A stretch of 56,138 nucleotides of DNA, filler included, from Sphacelaria rigidula (GCA_964200075.2; 6 parts of 6 records of this genome joined end to end with filler, not necessarily neighbours in it); one strand, 5' to 3'; positions 26,663-38,934 are shown, counted from the first letter of the whole stretch. Translations and numbers: made by a program. The notes: generated by a model not told the origin, from the letters alone.

Positions 26663-27175
26663 CTAAAAACCATCACGAGGGAGTACTACTTGCAGTGTTT
26701 CGTTTCCACCTTCATATATATATACATACTAGTATATCTGGCGAAAATGCCCGCAAATGATCACGGCTGACGAAAACATGTTACGGCGGACGGGTTCTCT
26801 CGGGGTGGGGGAGGGGGGGAGGGGAGGCTTTAGTGTACGTGGCCCTTTGAAAGCCCGGGTCTCTGCGTGGTCGTCAAGGTCGCTGCTTCCACAACGAAGA
26901 AAAAAAGTCGAAAAACGCCTCCTGTGGCGATATAGGACCGATCTTGGCCGGAGTACGGGGTTCAGCGGATTGTGCTTCCTGGGAAAGACTTGCTGTACTC
27001 TCCGAGAGGGTTCCAGCGCACTTCTCCGAGCTTTCGTGCGCCTTGACCTTTAGGCGGACCGACGATTCCTCTAACAACCCATAAAAACTTTAGAGTTCTT
27101 CCAAAAAGTAAGTCACCTGTGTCAGAGAAACACCTTCGAGTTCTCGCAAAAACACATACTTACCAATACGGAGAA

Positions 27176-27445
27176 ATACGATGTGGGGGGGGGGGGGGGT
27201 ATGTTCATTAACTTGCATGACGGGGTCGGGTGATTAGTAACCGAGANNNNNNNNNNGTCGGCTGTATAAGGACCCTCTCTGAGATACAAAAAAAAAAAAA
27301 ATAATAACCGAAAGGGGGGAAGGGGGGGGGGGGGGGGGGGGGGGGGTGTATTCATGACTTTGCATGCCGTGGTCGCATGATCATTAACCTCGCATCCGTA
27401 TAAAGCCGGGACCGAGCACGCCGGGTTCCGCTTGACCAGGTTTGC
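27176..27445 (+). repeat. Fragments of the GAG-terminated TIR family (subtype GGGGTGTA.TCATGA), broken by poly-G and an N10 gap
   Basis: GGTGTATTCATGACTTTGCATGCC..GGTC.CA.GA.CATT.ACCTCGCATCCGTA.AAAGCCGGGA matches 46712-46765 and the reverse complement of 55970-56066. Confidence 0.65.
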
Positions 27446-27602
27446 AATCAATTAGTACGCGCGAAGCGCCGTGATGTGTTCGGCGAGTCGCGCGAAGGGT
27501 GACTTGCATCCTGCTAAGTTTGTTCGCCCCGAAGCGTACTGACTATCTTGCACGTAAATGGCCATGACTTAGACACTGCCTCACGGGTGTCTCACCATTT
27601 AA

Positions 27603-27704
27603 CCCTTAGACCGCGATGCGGGTAGTCCATCTGGATCACGCTTACGTTTACCAAGTGAATATTGATGCCGATTCAGCAGGTGACCTACCCTCGCGGTCAA
27701 AGGG
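27603..27704. mobile_element. piggyBac-like MITE (102 bp)
   Basis: TTAA|CCCTTAGACCGCGA...TCGCGGTCAAAGGG|TTAA: TTAA TSD and 14-bp TIR (13/14). Confidence 0.9.
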
Positions 27705-28019
27705 TTAAACACTACGTACAGTACTATGACCGTCTCCTTTGCGCGGAATTGAGGATCTCCCACTCGCACAATAATATCTAGCTCGACCACCATAATGGCT
27801 ACCGTAGAAAAAGACGCAGGACGGCAAGAAAAACGGTAACCTAGTTGCCTAGCTTACGCAGCGAGTGGTGGGTTTCACAGCGTCGTTGCCAACCGACGTT
27901 AATCCCTTAAGGGGTTGGCGGGGGGGGGGGGGGGGGGGGGGTTGGGAAAGTGTGTTTGTCTCGGGGGTTGGCGTATCTTTCAAAAAAAAAACGCCCCCTT
28001 TCCAGTGGGGCCAGGGGGG

Positions 28020-28119
28020 NNNNNNNNNNNNNNNNNNNNNNNNNNNNNNNNNNNNNNNNNNNNTTAATTAATTAANNNNNNNNNNNNNNNNNNNNNNNNN
28101 NNNNNNNNNNNNNNNNNNN
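28020..28119. other. Artificial 100-bp contig linker
   Basis: N-run + TTAATTAATTAA + N-run. Confidence 0.98.
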
Positions 28120-28743
28120 AAATCGGACACCGTTAAGGGCTCGTATAAACATAACGGACTTTACTTATGGGACAGAGGAAGTATAGAGAGAGAGGGGAAA
28201 ATGAAGGGGGGTAATCGATTATCGTTGTCAAGAAAGAAGTAGAAGAATAACGCGAGAGGGGGTGTGGTCGAACTTTCGGCCACCAGGCGAAGCTGAGAAC
28301 ATACGGTTGATGAAAAGAAAGTAGCCACGTCCATAGCGTAGGTGATCTTATCGTGGATTGTGTACCTTCCTCCTAAATAACACCCCTAGGTCATCAGTTT
28401 TTGGCTGTGTTTTGTACCGTATCGGTGATCACACTGGGGAAGTTGAATGCCACTTTCTCCGGAGATGAAACAATACATTTCTCGTCCACATGTATTTGGT
28501 CGAATACTGAACTCCCATCGTGCAAAAAAAACACCACAAAAGCTGTCCCATCTCGTGTTGAGTAAGCACAGGCACGCAGATGGTACTCGCAAGACAAGCA
28601 AAGGATGACTACAGCCGCGCATGCGGGTGCTGGCGAGGAAATTTTGGCGGTCCGAAGTGTCCAGTGCTTGACGTGTGTGCTGTAACCCATATCGCGTGCA
28701 CTGAGGTAGACACGTCATCACCCATGAGTACGTTACACATCAC

Positions 28744-31700
28744 CCACTCCTGAACATATTCTTGGGGGATGACGTTGTTCTCCTGCATCTCCCAGTGGCG
28801 GATTTCAACATAATCCATGATATCATCAGCTGGAGAGGAGGGCGGGGGGGCATACCTGGCGCGTCCAGATAATTCAGGAGTAGTGCTACGCAATCATGAC
28901 GCAAGTGGTGCATTAGAACTTGGCGAATCAATGAATCCACAGCCATGTATATATCATCACAGGGTCCATGACTGGCAGGTATATATGCAAAAAGCCGTAG
29001 TTTTGGACGTGATGCCGCGACAACCCTTTCCCTCTCCCCCCCTGAAAAAAAGGTCAGAAAAATGTCATGAAGAGAATGGCAATACAGCGAGCGCATCGAG
29101 ATGATGAACGGTCTCAGAAACCAGGTCTTGTTTTTCTTTGAAGGGTGCAGATATAGCTGTTTGCAGAAACCAGGTCTAGCGCCTCACATGTACACTGTGC
29201 CTCGGTGTCCATGACACTTTCCTGGGCGGCGGCTGCCGCGGTATCATTCATCACTCTCGCGTTGTATCCCGGAATGCGGGCAGTACAAATCACAGGCAGC
29301 GCCTTTCGCTTGATATATAAATAGCAAGACACTCAGATATTAACTCTGCGATAGTGCACGATGTTCAATGGAATGAATCTCTGCAGCACCCGTCTTCGGA
29401 CACGGGAGGCAAGAGGAAAAATAAGCAGCATATCAGCACCACGTGAGCATCGCAGTAGTCGTTGTTTTACTTTCGACCACGATGCTCAAAAACTCGTATT
29501 AGTTGTACAGCGAACGAAAACGTATACACAATAAAGGAGGTCTACCAAATACAGGCCATGACCCACCCCCTCGATTTAGGGGAAAGCTCATTATGGGCGA
29601 GACCTAGCATGGGCGAGGGAGGGTGGGGGGTGGGGGCGGAGGGTTGCACGGACACGTACGTCACTGTGTTTCAGACGGTTCGCGAATGGTGCTAGTATAT
29701 ATTTCGTAAGTATCCACAACTGTTTTGTGCTTTGTACAAAAGGACTACATCCACGCATACTAGTGCAGTACGATTAGGGATATTACATTACATTTCACCG
29801 AAATATGATACCAAATCGCATAATATGGTCGTATCAGTATACCTAAAAAAGGCACAGTAGACGCTATATATTATCAGTATACCTGAAAAAATAATACAAT
29901 ACGAAATGGTCGTGTGATTCGTCACGCACACTACGGTACACTCTGAACAGACAGCAGTAACACAGCAAACGCCGCAGGACAGCCGCACGCAGCAAACGGC
30001 TGAAGAGCACACATCTCATAAAAAATCGCCATATGTCGAACGATGGAGATTCTGTAGGAATAGAGCGGGAGCAAGGCGAGGAAGAAGCTCGAGTTCTGCC
30101 ATCTATGGCTCGACTTGATTAAGGTAATGGCTCTGATGTTTCTTTGGTGCTCATGTGCTCGTGTGTTTGTGTGGACGCTCGAAGTTGATTGAATTGCTCA
30201 GCAAGACTGAACTGGCTCTGAGGGCGAGCAGTACTAAAAATGCACGGCTACTCATCCGTATTGCACTCAATAAGGAAAATACTAAAAAAAAAGACGAATA
30301 AGTTTCGAGAAATCCAGCCCATGGAACAACACTGCGGTCATTTTTTCCAATTAAAACGTTACACTTTGCTTGTGCACGATGGACGTGATAGCGATCGCAG
30401 GTCGTTGTACAACGTTGGGAGCTGTTACTTGATGGATTGATCAATTGATCATCTCACATGAGCTATTTGCAACAATCCAGCCCGTGGTCAGGAGAAGCAA
30501 GAAAGGAGCAGAATGAGAAAGAAAGGAAGACAACAGAAAAAAGACAGAAGCAACAGCCACAGAAAGGAAAGGAGAAAGGAGGAGCGACAACAACACACAA
30601 ACACCAACAACACAACGAGATGATTATCCTGCACTACGTAGCTGATTGCAACAATCCAGCTCGTGATAGGAAATAGAAAAAAAATGGAAGAATAAAACGT
30701 AGAGAGAGGAAGAAAAGAGAGAGAAAGATAAAGCCAGGCATGTTGGTGTTGGTACTGTCGGTCCCAGGTGCTCTCGGTGCATCTTGTTACTGCATCGGCT
30801 ACAAGAAGTGTCCGATACTCGAGCCTCGGGGGAAAACGAGTCATGTGAATACCAATCCCGACTATCGTGTGCGTGTATTCGGCCAGATGTCCGACATATA
30901 TATGTTGTGATTTCCATGCAAAAAGAAGAGGAGCGATCATAAGCTCCACCGGTGAGATATATGTTATCCGAGAGTTGTTGGACATGTAATCGAGGGAGAA
31001 GTCGTGAAAATGACGCTTATCGCATCCGACACAGTCCTGAAGTTCGGGCACAAACGCTCGAAGGGTGGCTTTTTTCGGCCGCAAAATGTAACCCTTCCCA
31101 TAACCCTAACCCCAACCCAAGCCACACCGAGCACTCTCGGACAAGGGGGGTGCAAGGGGGTGCGGTATACAAATTGTTTGTTGGGCAGACCGCCTATGGC
31201 GCCGATTTGGACACGAACACATTCTGCTCACTCTAAACGAGGAGCACTCGGAACTATCAGCTCCACGAAAAGACTCGAAGATCGGTATTCACCCTAAAAT
31301 CAAGCGATATCAACCATGGGTTAAACTCTACGACACTGCTGGTTATCGAAGCGAATGCGTAGCAAAACACACCGCGCAGGTGCTTCGTGCGTACCCATCG
31401 TGACCGCTTGAACAAAACAGTCAGCACCAACAGTACAGTAAAATTAATGATGATAATAAGGCGGCGTCAAACAGAACTAGTGATACTTGCACAAACAAGA
31501 GTATCGTCAGCACGTTAACACTTCGGCAGCGAACCTGAGGGGGATCGAAGTGACCAGATTGACCCACCAGCACCATCCAAATGGTCTCTCTCTTCGCTTT
31601 GAGCTTTCATCCTTTGAGAATATTCTTACGGAAATTTCCAAATACGCATGGTCGATACTACTGTAAGCTTCGGTTGATCTGGGAACAGGCCCCCCCCCCC

Positions 31701-32220
31701 CCCCCCGCCCCCTTCCTCCTCGAGAACTACAGTACCCCCCCCTGGCAACTCCTGCATATCCCTGTACTAACAATCAGCGAAACTATTCCGAGACGAAGCT
31801 CGCTGTTGGAGGGTCAACACGTGAACACCACCATATTGGAGACGTCAGCAGTTGATACGGGGTACTTGATAAATCAGAAAACAGAATGTTGAGAAATGAA
31901 AATGAATAAAGGTTTCTGCCTGAACAGCTACCCCCAAGGCATCCCCTACACTATTTTGGCTGCACAAAGATTATACAAAACCTTCGTATCATCCGTCGTC
32001 ACAGCTATACGTATGCACGCACCTCGCAACTGCCGCAGGCAATCGACATGATGATGCCCCAAATACATCACTCTGAAGACTGCTCCTGCTGGTGCAGCAG
32101 GTGCCACTACACACCCAGCCGGATGTTCGTGCCGGCGGTGCGAGATACGCATCTGTTCGTGGGGCATTCAGGAAGAACGCCAAGAGGGCACAGGCCACTG
32201 CGAGCGAGGCGGTGGCCATG
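28744..32220 (-). CDS. 5' part of a gene for a probable plastid-targeted protein of unknown function (exon 1 about 32220-32023, upstream ATGs possible; in-phase exon 28855-28744)
   Basis: MATASLAVACALLAFFLNAPRTDA-YLAPPARTS resembles a signal peptide plus ASAFAP-type motif and a Ser/Thr/Arg-rich transit peptide. Donor AG|gtgcgt (phase 2) joins ccag|G TAT GCC to give RYAPPPSSPADDIMDYVEIRHWEMQENNVIPQEYVQEW|gtgatg. Confidence 0.5.
30430..30590 (+). repeat. Dispersed repeat, same family as 4120-4292
   Basis: GCAACAATCCAGCCCGTGGTCAGGAG plus purine-rich tract. Confidence 0.7.
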
Positions 32221-32967
32221 GAAAAAAGCCGTGGGGTGCGTGAGGCACCAGTGGTGGTTGCTGTTATTGTTGCCATTGCTGCTGATGCTGTTGAGTAGCA
32301 ACAATCACGTCGTCTTTTTGTGCGCACAACGTGCTGTTGTTGCTGTTGCTCCTGCTGGCGTGCTGAATGAGATCGTCTATATCGGTTCATGTTGATTGTC
32401 TCGTCTTGGCCGAAGAGGCTATCATCGCATTTCATGATTTCAGCTTTCGCCAAAGCAATAGAAGAGAAGGACACAAAATTTTCACACAGCCTGACCGGCC
32501 ACGACTCTCCACGACCTCGTCGCAGCTACGCCTAAGCAGAGCCCCTTCCCCTTCAAGCGTTGTGCTATTTACGTTGAATGACGTGAATCTGGGCTCCACA
32601 CCCACAGGGTAATCTCCACATTGAATTAAATAAAACGCATTGTGTAACTCTGGAACGTGTGACATTGATGTGTTGCTCACAGTCGTTCAGATCCGCGGTG
32701 TTAGAACATCCACCATGCGCTCAAACTTCTCGCATGTGTTTACCCCTGTTTATGGGTGCTGCGTCTTGTTTTTGCGTTATACATACATGTGTATGCATAT
32801 TGTTTGTATGTTAGGAGGTATTTTATTGTCGGAGTATTTGACAAACGGGACAGATCGACATATTTCAATATCCATCGAATATACAAACCTATAAAAAGTA
32901 CCCGTGATTTCTGCTCTCAACACCGTAGCTTCGCAGACACCCAAACTTGTACAGTAACTGAGGGCCT

Positions 32968-35900
32968 ATGCGACGACCACGCTCCTCAACTTCCTCATCG
33001 GCCAGTAGTGATGGCTCAACCACAGCCACTGCCGCCACAGTTGCCGCCGCTCTTTTCCTTCTTCCAGCAGCAACAACCGCTTTCTCCGTGACATGTCCTG
33101 CTGCCCCACAGTTCGTGACTCATGACCCTCATACGCGCACGACGCCACTGTCCTACACGACGTTACAGATACCTTCCAAGACGATCATTCACAAAGCACA
33201 TCACCGAACAAATCGCCATCAACAGCAGCTATGGACTGCAAGAAAGAAGACGATACCAATGACATGCGAACTCGAACGGCTGCCGAAACGCGTCCTTCGT
33301 CGAGTCGTGCCGCAGGGCCCAACCTTGGAGAGATGGGCCGCAGCCTACCGACCACGGCCAGGGCAACCCGTTTCCGTTACTGGTAGAAGTAGGTTCGTCG
33401 ACTCTCTGGGGCTCACGATGGTGGTGTGGTTTATGGCCTACTTCGCGAGCAGGACATTACTAATTGCCTTCTCCACTAGCGGGGTGCTAGCGTGGCGGGC
33501 GTCGTGGCTGATCGTTTTCCTTCGAGCGGTGTTGGTGCCGCTGCTGGAGACAGGCAAGCGCAGCGCGGAGCTGTGGGGCGACCGGGAGATGAGGGATAAG
33601 ACTAGAGGAGCTCTCTTCACAGGAAGGTGAGGCGTTCCTGACTGCACTCACCGTTTGGGCTGCTGTGTTGTGCTGTGTTTAATGGGGGGGACGGTGTGGT
33701 GAGGTACTTGTGTGATACGTGAACATCTTGCCGCCGTTGCCAGTGCAAGGTGGTCTCACCGGAAGCACTTGGGTTCTAGTGATATGGCACTCGAAGCATG
33801 TGTCTACAGATGGATCAGGCAGCGCTCACTTACGCTCGTTGAACTCTCGGATAAGCTTGTTGGTGGCCGTTCTTGTTATTGCCGACTACGCAAACATTTG
33901 AGCGAACATGTATGTGAAGTGATCGCGAGAGCAGGCAGTGGCTCGATGTGTGTGGGCTGCCTGTCTCATGTAAGACAATGCGAGCAACCGCGGTAGGATC
34001 GTTAGAGTGTGTTTCATCTACAGTTTGGACCATAACATGTGTTCGGCTTGCCCTCTATAATGAACACCCTCAGTACAGTACACATTGGCGACACGTACTA
34101 ATTAGAGCGAGTGTGGGAAAACTAATAAAGCCAGCAGCAGAGCTCAAGCGATTGATACCGTATCACTAGCACCCACCAGGACAGCGCATTGCAGGAGCTG
34201 TAACCCAGCGAACGCGATAAAGCTGGAAGGCGAGGTCCTCGGCGCACGTCACGAGACTCCAAAAGTGAGAGCAGTTTGTGTAAAGCGCACGCTGCAGGGC
34301 GCTTCAAGCGGTAGTTGGCCTTGCACGTCTTCTTCTCATTAAGCGACACACTTTTCGTCGTGCGGTACTAATGAGGACTCCGTTTAAACCGCCTTATGTA
34401 CTAGGAGGTTTTTGGTGCCGGTTGGCAATAAAGATATTTGTTGGTGGGGGCTAGCGCAGTTGAAACAGCGCCGTCCACTCACGCCGAACTTTGCTGAAAA
34501 AACTGGGCAGACTGAATTTGCAGCGGGACAGATTTGTTTGGTAATCACCCATCCCAGGGGACCCGTATCGGGAAATGGCTGCACCACCGCCACCCCCCCG
34601 CAAGCGCGGTCGGGAATGAGGAAAAGACCAAATCAAATTGGGAAAAACATTTTTTTTCCTATTTCTCCACTAATGTACGGAATCCAACGATCACTTAGAT
34701 ATCCCCGGGTTCGCCTCGATGTGCGCAGCCCGAAACCGAGGAGTTTTGGTGTGTCAGGTGTTCTTGTGGCCATCGGGGAGCAAATTTGCCGACTGGAAAA
34801 TTACTTTTGAGTCGCGGTGATCACTGGGTAATGAATACCGAGTCCCGCTGGCTTTTGCAAGACCGGTTGTTACCGACCAGGCACTATCGCAGTGATATGG
34901 CCGCCATGCTGAGGAGGGCGGTGTACGACGAACAGTTCTGTACTGCTACTGAATGAAATAGACATGCAGTGAGTTGACTGTGCAGTGTTTTTAGCCGGCA
35001 CGAAAATGTTCTGATACTATAGACGTGCACAACGCGTGAATTGCAAATGATCATGTAGTTCGCCCGCCTTTGGGCAGACAGCCGTGTTCATACAACGCGT
35101 ATATCTATATATCGCAGTTCATACTGCACTACGACACAAGAGAGGGTGAGGTTGCAAAGGGGAATGTTGTGAACGTGGTGTGGCGAAAAGGAGTATCCAA
35201 CATCGAGGTAGCGGCAGTTATGAAATGTAGTCAACGTGGGATTAATATTGGGCCGGTTCATTTCCAACAAAAACATGCAAAGGGGGGTATCTGCCAATAA
35301 TGATGTTGTAGGGGGTAGAGCACCCGATTCGCCGCCTCGATTGTTCGCCGTAAAATACAAAGATTACATTCCCCACCATTCCAGCGTGAAATATCGTCTC
35401 GGTATACCCAGCGCAGGCCGACGCTACCGGCAAACACGTGCGGTGCAGTGCAGCAACTACTATCGCCATCATCCCGTGATCAGGGGGTACCCCCTGCCGT
35501 AAAATCGGGTACCCCCCCTCCTCCAACCCCAGAATGAGGATTTTGCGGCCTGGGGGGCGGTGGTACAGCCATTTCCCGATATGGGGCCCCTTGACCTATC
35601 AGATGGCTCCATTTTTGCTTGAGAATTGCCATGAGAGTAGTCTCAAAGCTATAATAGTAATCGTGCGGTCTAGTCTCGTAGCGCGTTACAACGCAATATA
35701 GTATCATAGATAGTACAGTATAGTATAGTACACTGAACACAATACAGTAGTACGGTACAGTACAGGCCCCCAACGCACAGCACCAGCAGGTGTGTCGCAG
35801 CAACGGAGAGCGCGTTGTTCGTTTTACGGAAGACGAAATAGCTAACACACCCATGAAGTTTTCAATAGTGTGCCGCCAGCACCGTGTGCCGCCTAACATA

Positions 35901-36735
35901 TTGTTTTCTGCAGAGACAACACAATGGCAATATCGCAGCTCATGCAATCCAAACCGTCTTTGCCATGCGTGAACACGCCACACACAACAAACAGTACAGG
36001 CGGTGGAAGCTCCAAAACATGAGAGAGGGCTTGATTGCAAGGGCAGGTCGAGTAGAGTATACTCAATTGCGAGGTATTTTGAAAGACGTGCTTGAGGTAC
36101 TCAAATTAGGGTAGAGTGTTGGGAGTCGTACCCCAAAAATAACTGGAACGCGATCCCTTAAGCCCTACCCCCAATTTGTGTACTTTGAGTACGACTTTCA
36201 AAATACCCTCTCAATTGAGTATACCGTACTCGACCTACCCTTGCTTGATTGTTTTTGCTGCGGTACAGTACAGTACAGTAGTGAAACAGAACATGTCTCA
36301 TGTTTTAGTCCTCCGTATACTTTTTGAGAGGCCTTCAACTTTGGGCCAGTGCCGAGTTTGAACGCTCGGCCATAGTCGCGCTTCTCTCAGTTCACTTCGG
36401 GTTACCCTTGTCTGTGTGTGGGAGGTCTGGCTTGTAATGCGGGCTTTGCCCCCCTAATTTAATCAAGTAAATTATGTCGCCGTACATCTTCATTTTGCAA
36501 AAAATTGAATATTTACATCCGTTGCCCCCACCGCGCGCACGAATATTTCTTACTCACACCCTAGACCGTCCGATCCTTTGGATTGTCCCTCGTACGACGT
36601 ATTTCAAACACTATAAAAGCCAGGGTTACGCGGACCGGTTTTGCGTTGGCCTCTGAAACGTCCGACCACTGCACTCACTTCCAGATGCTGGTCGAGGACG
36701 AAGAAGGACGGGAACTGCTCTTCGACGTCCCGCAG
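32968..36735 (+). CDS. Probable plastid-targeted membrane protein resembling a conserved cyanobacterial 2-TM hypothetical family; exons 32968-33626 and 36624-36735, 3' end missing
   Basis: Presequence AAALFLLPAATTA-FSV, two hydrophobic segments, GGA AG|gtgagg spliced to ccag|G GTT ACG giving ALFTGR/VTRTGF...FQMLVEDEEGRELLFDVPQ|gtgtga. The similarity to the cyanobacterial family (FWRGRV...LEVGDETGF...VP) is from recall. Confidence 0.65.
36038..36243. mobile_element. hAT-type MITE (206 bp, foldback), intronic
   Basis: 8-bp TSD CTTGATTG at 36030-36037 and 36244-36251. Termini CAAGGG...CCCTTG. Long imperfect TIRs (CAAGGG.AGGTCGAGTA..GTATACTCAATTG.GAGG). Confidence 0.9.
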
Positions 36736-37392
36736 GTGTGAACGTCCCGCAGGTCTGATGGAATGTGATAAATTCCACTGCCGTCCTGCTTGCCTTATCC
36801 ATGCAGACGGCTGGGAACATGTATGTTCTAAAATGACGATGAAGCGCCTTTGGTTACCCTTCTTACAGGATATGGGGTAGGTACGGGAGCAGTGAAACGA
36901 ACCGGGGTTCGAATCACGGTCTCGTGCAGGAGGGGCTGATGGCAGGGTTTGTGCAAGAAGCTGGCATGCACGACTTAAAAAACACCATGCTTTAATTCCA
37001 TTTGTTGCTCCGCAAAACGACAGGTGGTAAGGGCCCATCTTGACCGGACCGAAAAAAAAGAGGCGAAGAGCAAAGCAAGCGTCTCAAAGGAGCATGATTG
37101 GATATTCCGCCGCGTGATGTTGCAGCGACCAATCAGCATGGTTTGCTTTGCTCTCCGCTGTGTCGTTTCAGCCCGTCAAGATGGGCTCTTATGATCCCCC
37201 CCTCCCCCCCTCCAAGTAGGTGTTGTTTTTATCCATCACCCAGAACACAATTTTGGTTGATGCCTGTTGGGCCGGCTGTAATAGTCGTCTCTGCAATGGC
37301 ATCATGTACCTCACCAAGCAAATCATAGGGTTATCCCCCCCCCCCCCCCCCCCTCGCGTCTTTCTTTTCGCTTCACTCTGCTGGTTGGCGTT

Positions 37393-37492
37393 NNNNNNNN
37401 NNNNNNNNNNNNNNNNNNNNNNNNNNNNNNNNNNNNTTAATTAATTAANNNNNNNNNNNNNNNNNNNNNNNNNNNNNNNNNNNNNNNNNNNN
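37393..37492. other. Artificial 100-bp contig linker
   Basis: N-run + TTAATTAATTAA + N-run. Confidence 0.98.
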
Positions 37493-37616
37493 TGAGCGTT
37501 ATTGATCCACAACAAGCTTGTTCGAACAACCGTTGCTGCTTTCAACGACGATCTGACTCGAAGTTTCGAGCAACAAATGGCCCGAAATACCCCCGCCCCC
37601 TTTCGTAGGATGACTC
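37493..37616 (+). mobile_element. Right end of the GAG...CTC MITE family
   Basis: Ends AAATACCCCCGCCCCCTTTCGTAGGATGACTC. Starts with TGAGC.TTATTGATCCAC, matching the end of contig 1. Confidence 0.65.
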
Positions 37617-37809
37617 TTCGGATCGAAAGCTTGAACATCCATCTGGACCTGACTGCATCGAAACGAGAATTTTTCGCCCAGCCGATTCCACCGGCCCATA
37701 TTTTCGATCGAAAAGACAGGCCGTAACCACCGGTCCCAAGCCCCATCGACAAGTAGTTTTGTACATATTTGACCCAGATTTGCACGCAGGTTGAAAACTG
37801 CGGGCAAGA

Positions 37810-38205
37810 TAAACGCTGAATCTCCTGCTCGGCGCAAGGGTCTGTGTTTGAGAAAGGTCGTGAGACCTCTGTTGTTGAATTGATTCCCTTGTTGATGAAT
37901 GTATATTATACTCTCCACCAAAACGTAAAAACCCAGAAAGATGAACTAAACCAAAGGGAGCGGTGTTCATGAAAAAGCACATACAAAAATAACACGTTAG
38001 AGCCTGATTCCTTGGTCACGCGATTGGGCGTGTGCCTTTCAGCAGAGTTTTGCTACAACCAACATACGGGGTATACCTTTAATATCAGAACTGTATCTCT
38101 TATTTGCCCTTCACCCATATGTCATGATCCAATCACAATATCAATTTCCCACGCATCCAGGCCTGTTTACATGTATCCATCACTGAGTGTGAGTATATTC
38201 GATCA
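37810..38205 (-). repeat. 3' LTR (396 bp)
   Basis: Direct repeat of 45442-45841; about 13 substitutions and one 4-bp indel by eye. Confidence 0.95.
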
Positions 38206-38934
38206 GCCCTCCTACTCACGGCTCAACTCTACTCAATTCTCAAGTCTCATACTTTCATATTCGATTAGCCCTCCTACTCACGGCCTAATTCTACCCATGT
38301 CTCAAACCCTACTAGACAATATTCAATGCTTTATTATCAAGCACAAAAACAATCGTCCCACCCGTGTACAGACATACGGTAACGTCATCTACTTAGCAAA
38401 CCGAAACTCCTTCCTTTAGTTCTTTTCCTCAACACGTCATGGCATACTCATGCTCTTCATCCACCCCATCACGCCTTTCAGTACTGAAAAATAATTCGAA
38501 TTCAAAAACTCAAATCATCGAAAACCAAAATGTCAAGAATCCCAGAGATATATTCAACAAGGATATAAAAATACATCAACCAAACGCAAAGTCGAAAACC
38601 AGTCCAGTTTCCGATATTTGCTATGGCAACTTCTGTGACACTCGAAGTCCATTACTAAAAAGCATTGAAAGATATCTTGTCTGCAACAAAAAATCAAATT
38701 CGGTCGTACCCATCGGAGATCGAAATCCAACACCAAAAACCATTGAAAAATATTTTGTCTGCAACGAAAAATCAAATCCGACCGTACTCGTCGAGAATAA
38801 AAAAATAATCCATTGCAAGATTAAAAATCTTGCAACCATGGCCTCGTACCCCTACTTTTCTGGGTTGGTTAAATGTCCCCGAGAAGAAACCAAACCACCT
38901 CAAACCAAACCAATGTACCAGTGTGTTGCAGACT

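Noticed and set aside
25489..32474. One long minus-strand gene joining exons at 32 kb, 28.8 kb and 25-26 kb
   Set aside because: Crosses the linker at 28020-28119; treated as two partial genes
36895..36930. tRNA B-box-like GGTTCGAATC (similar motifs near 402 and 51895)
   Set aside because: No cloverleaf or A-box can be built; at most SINE relics
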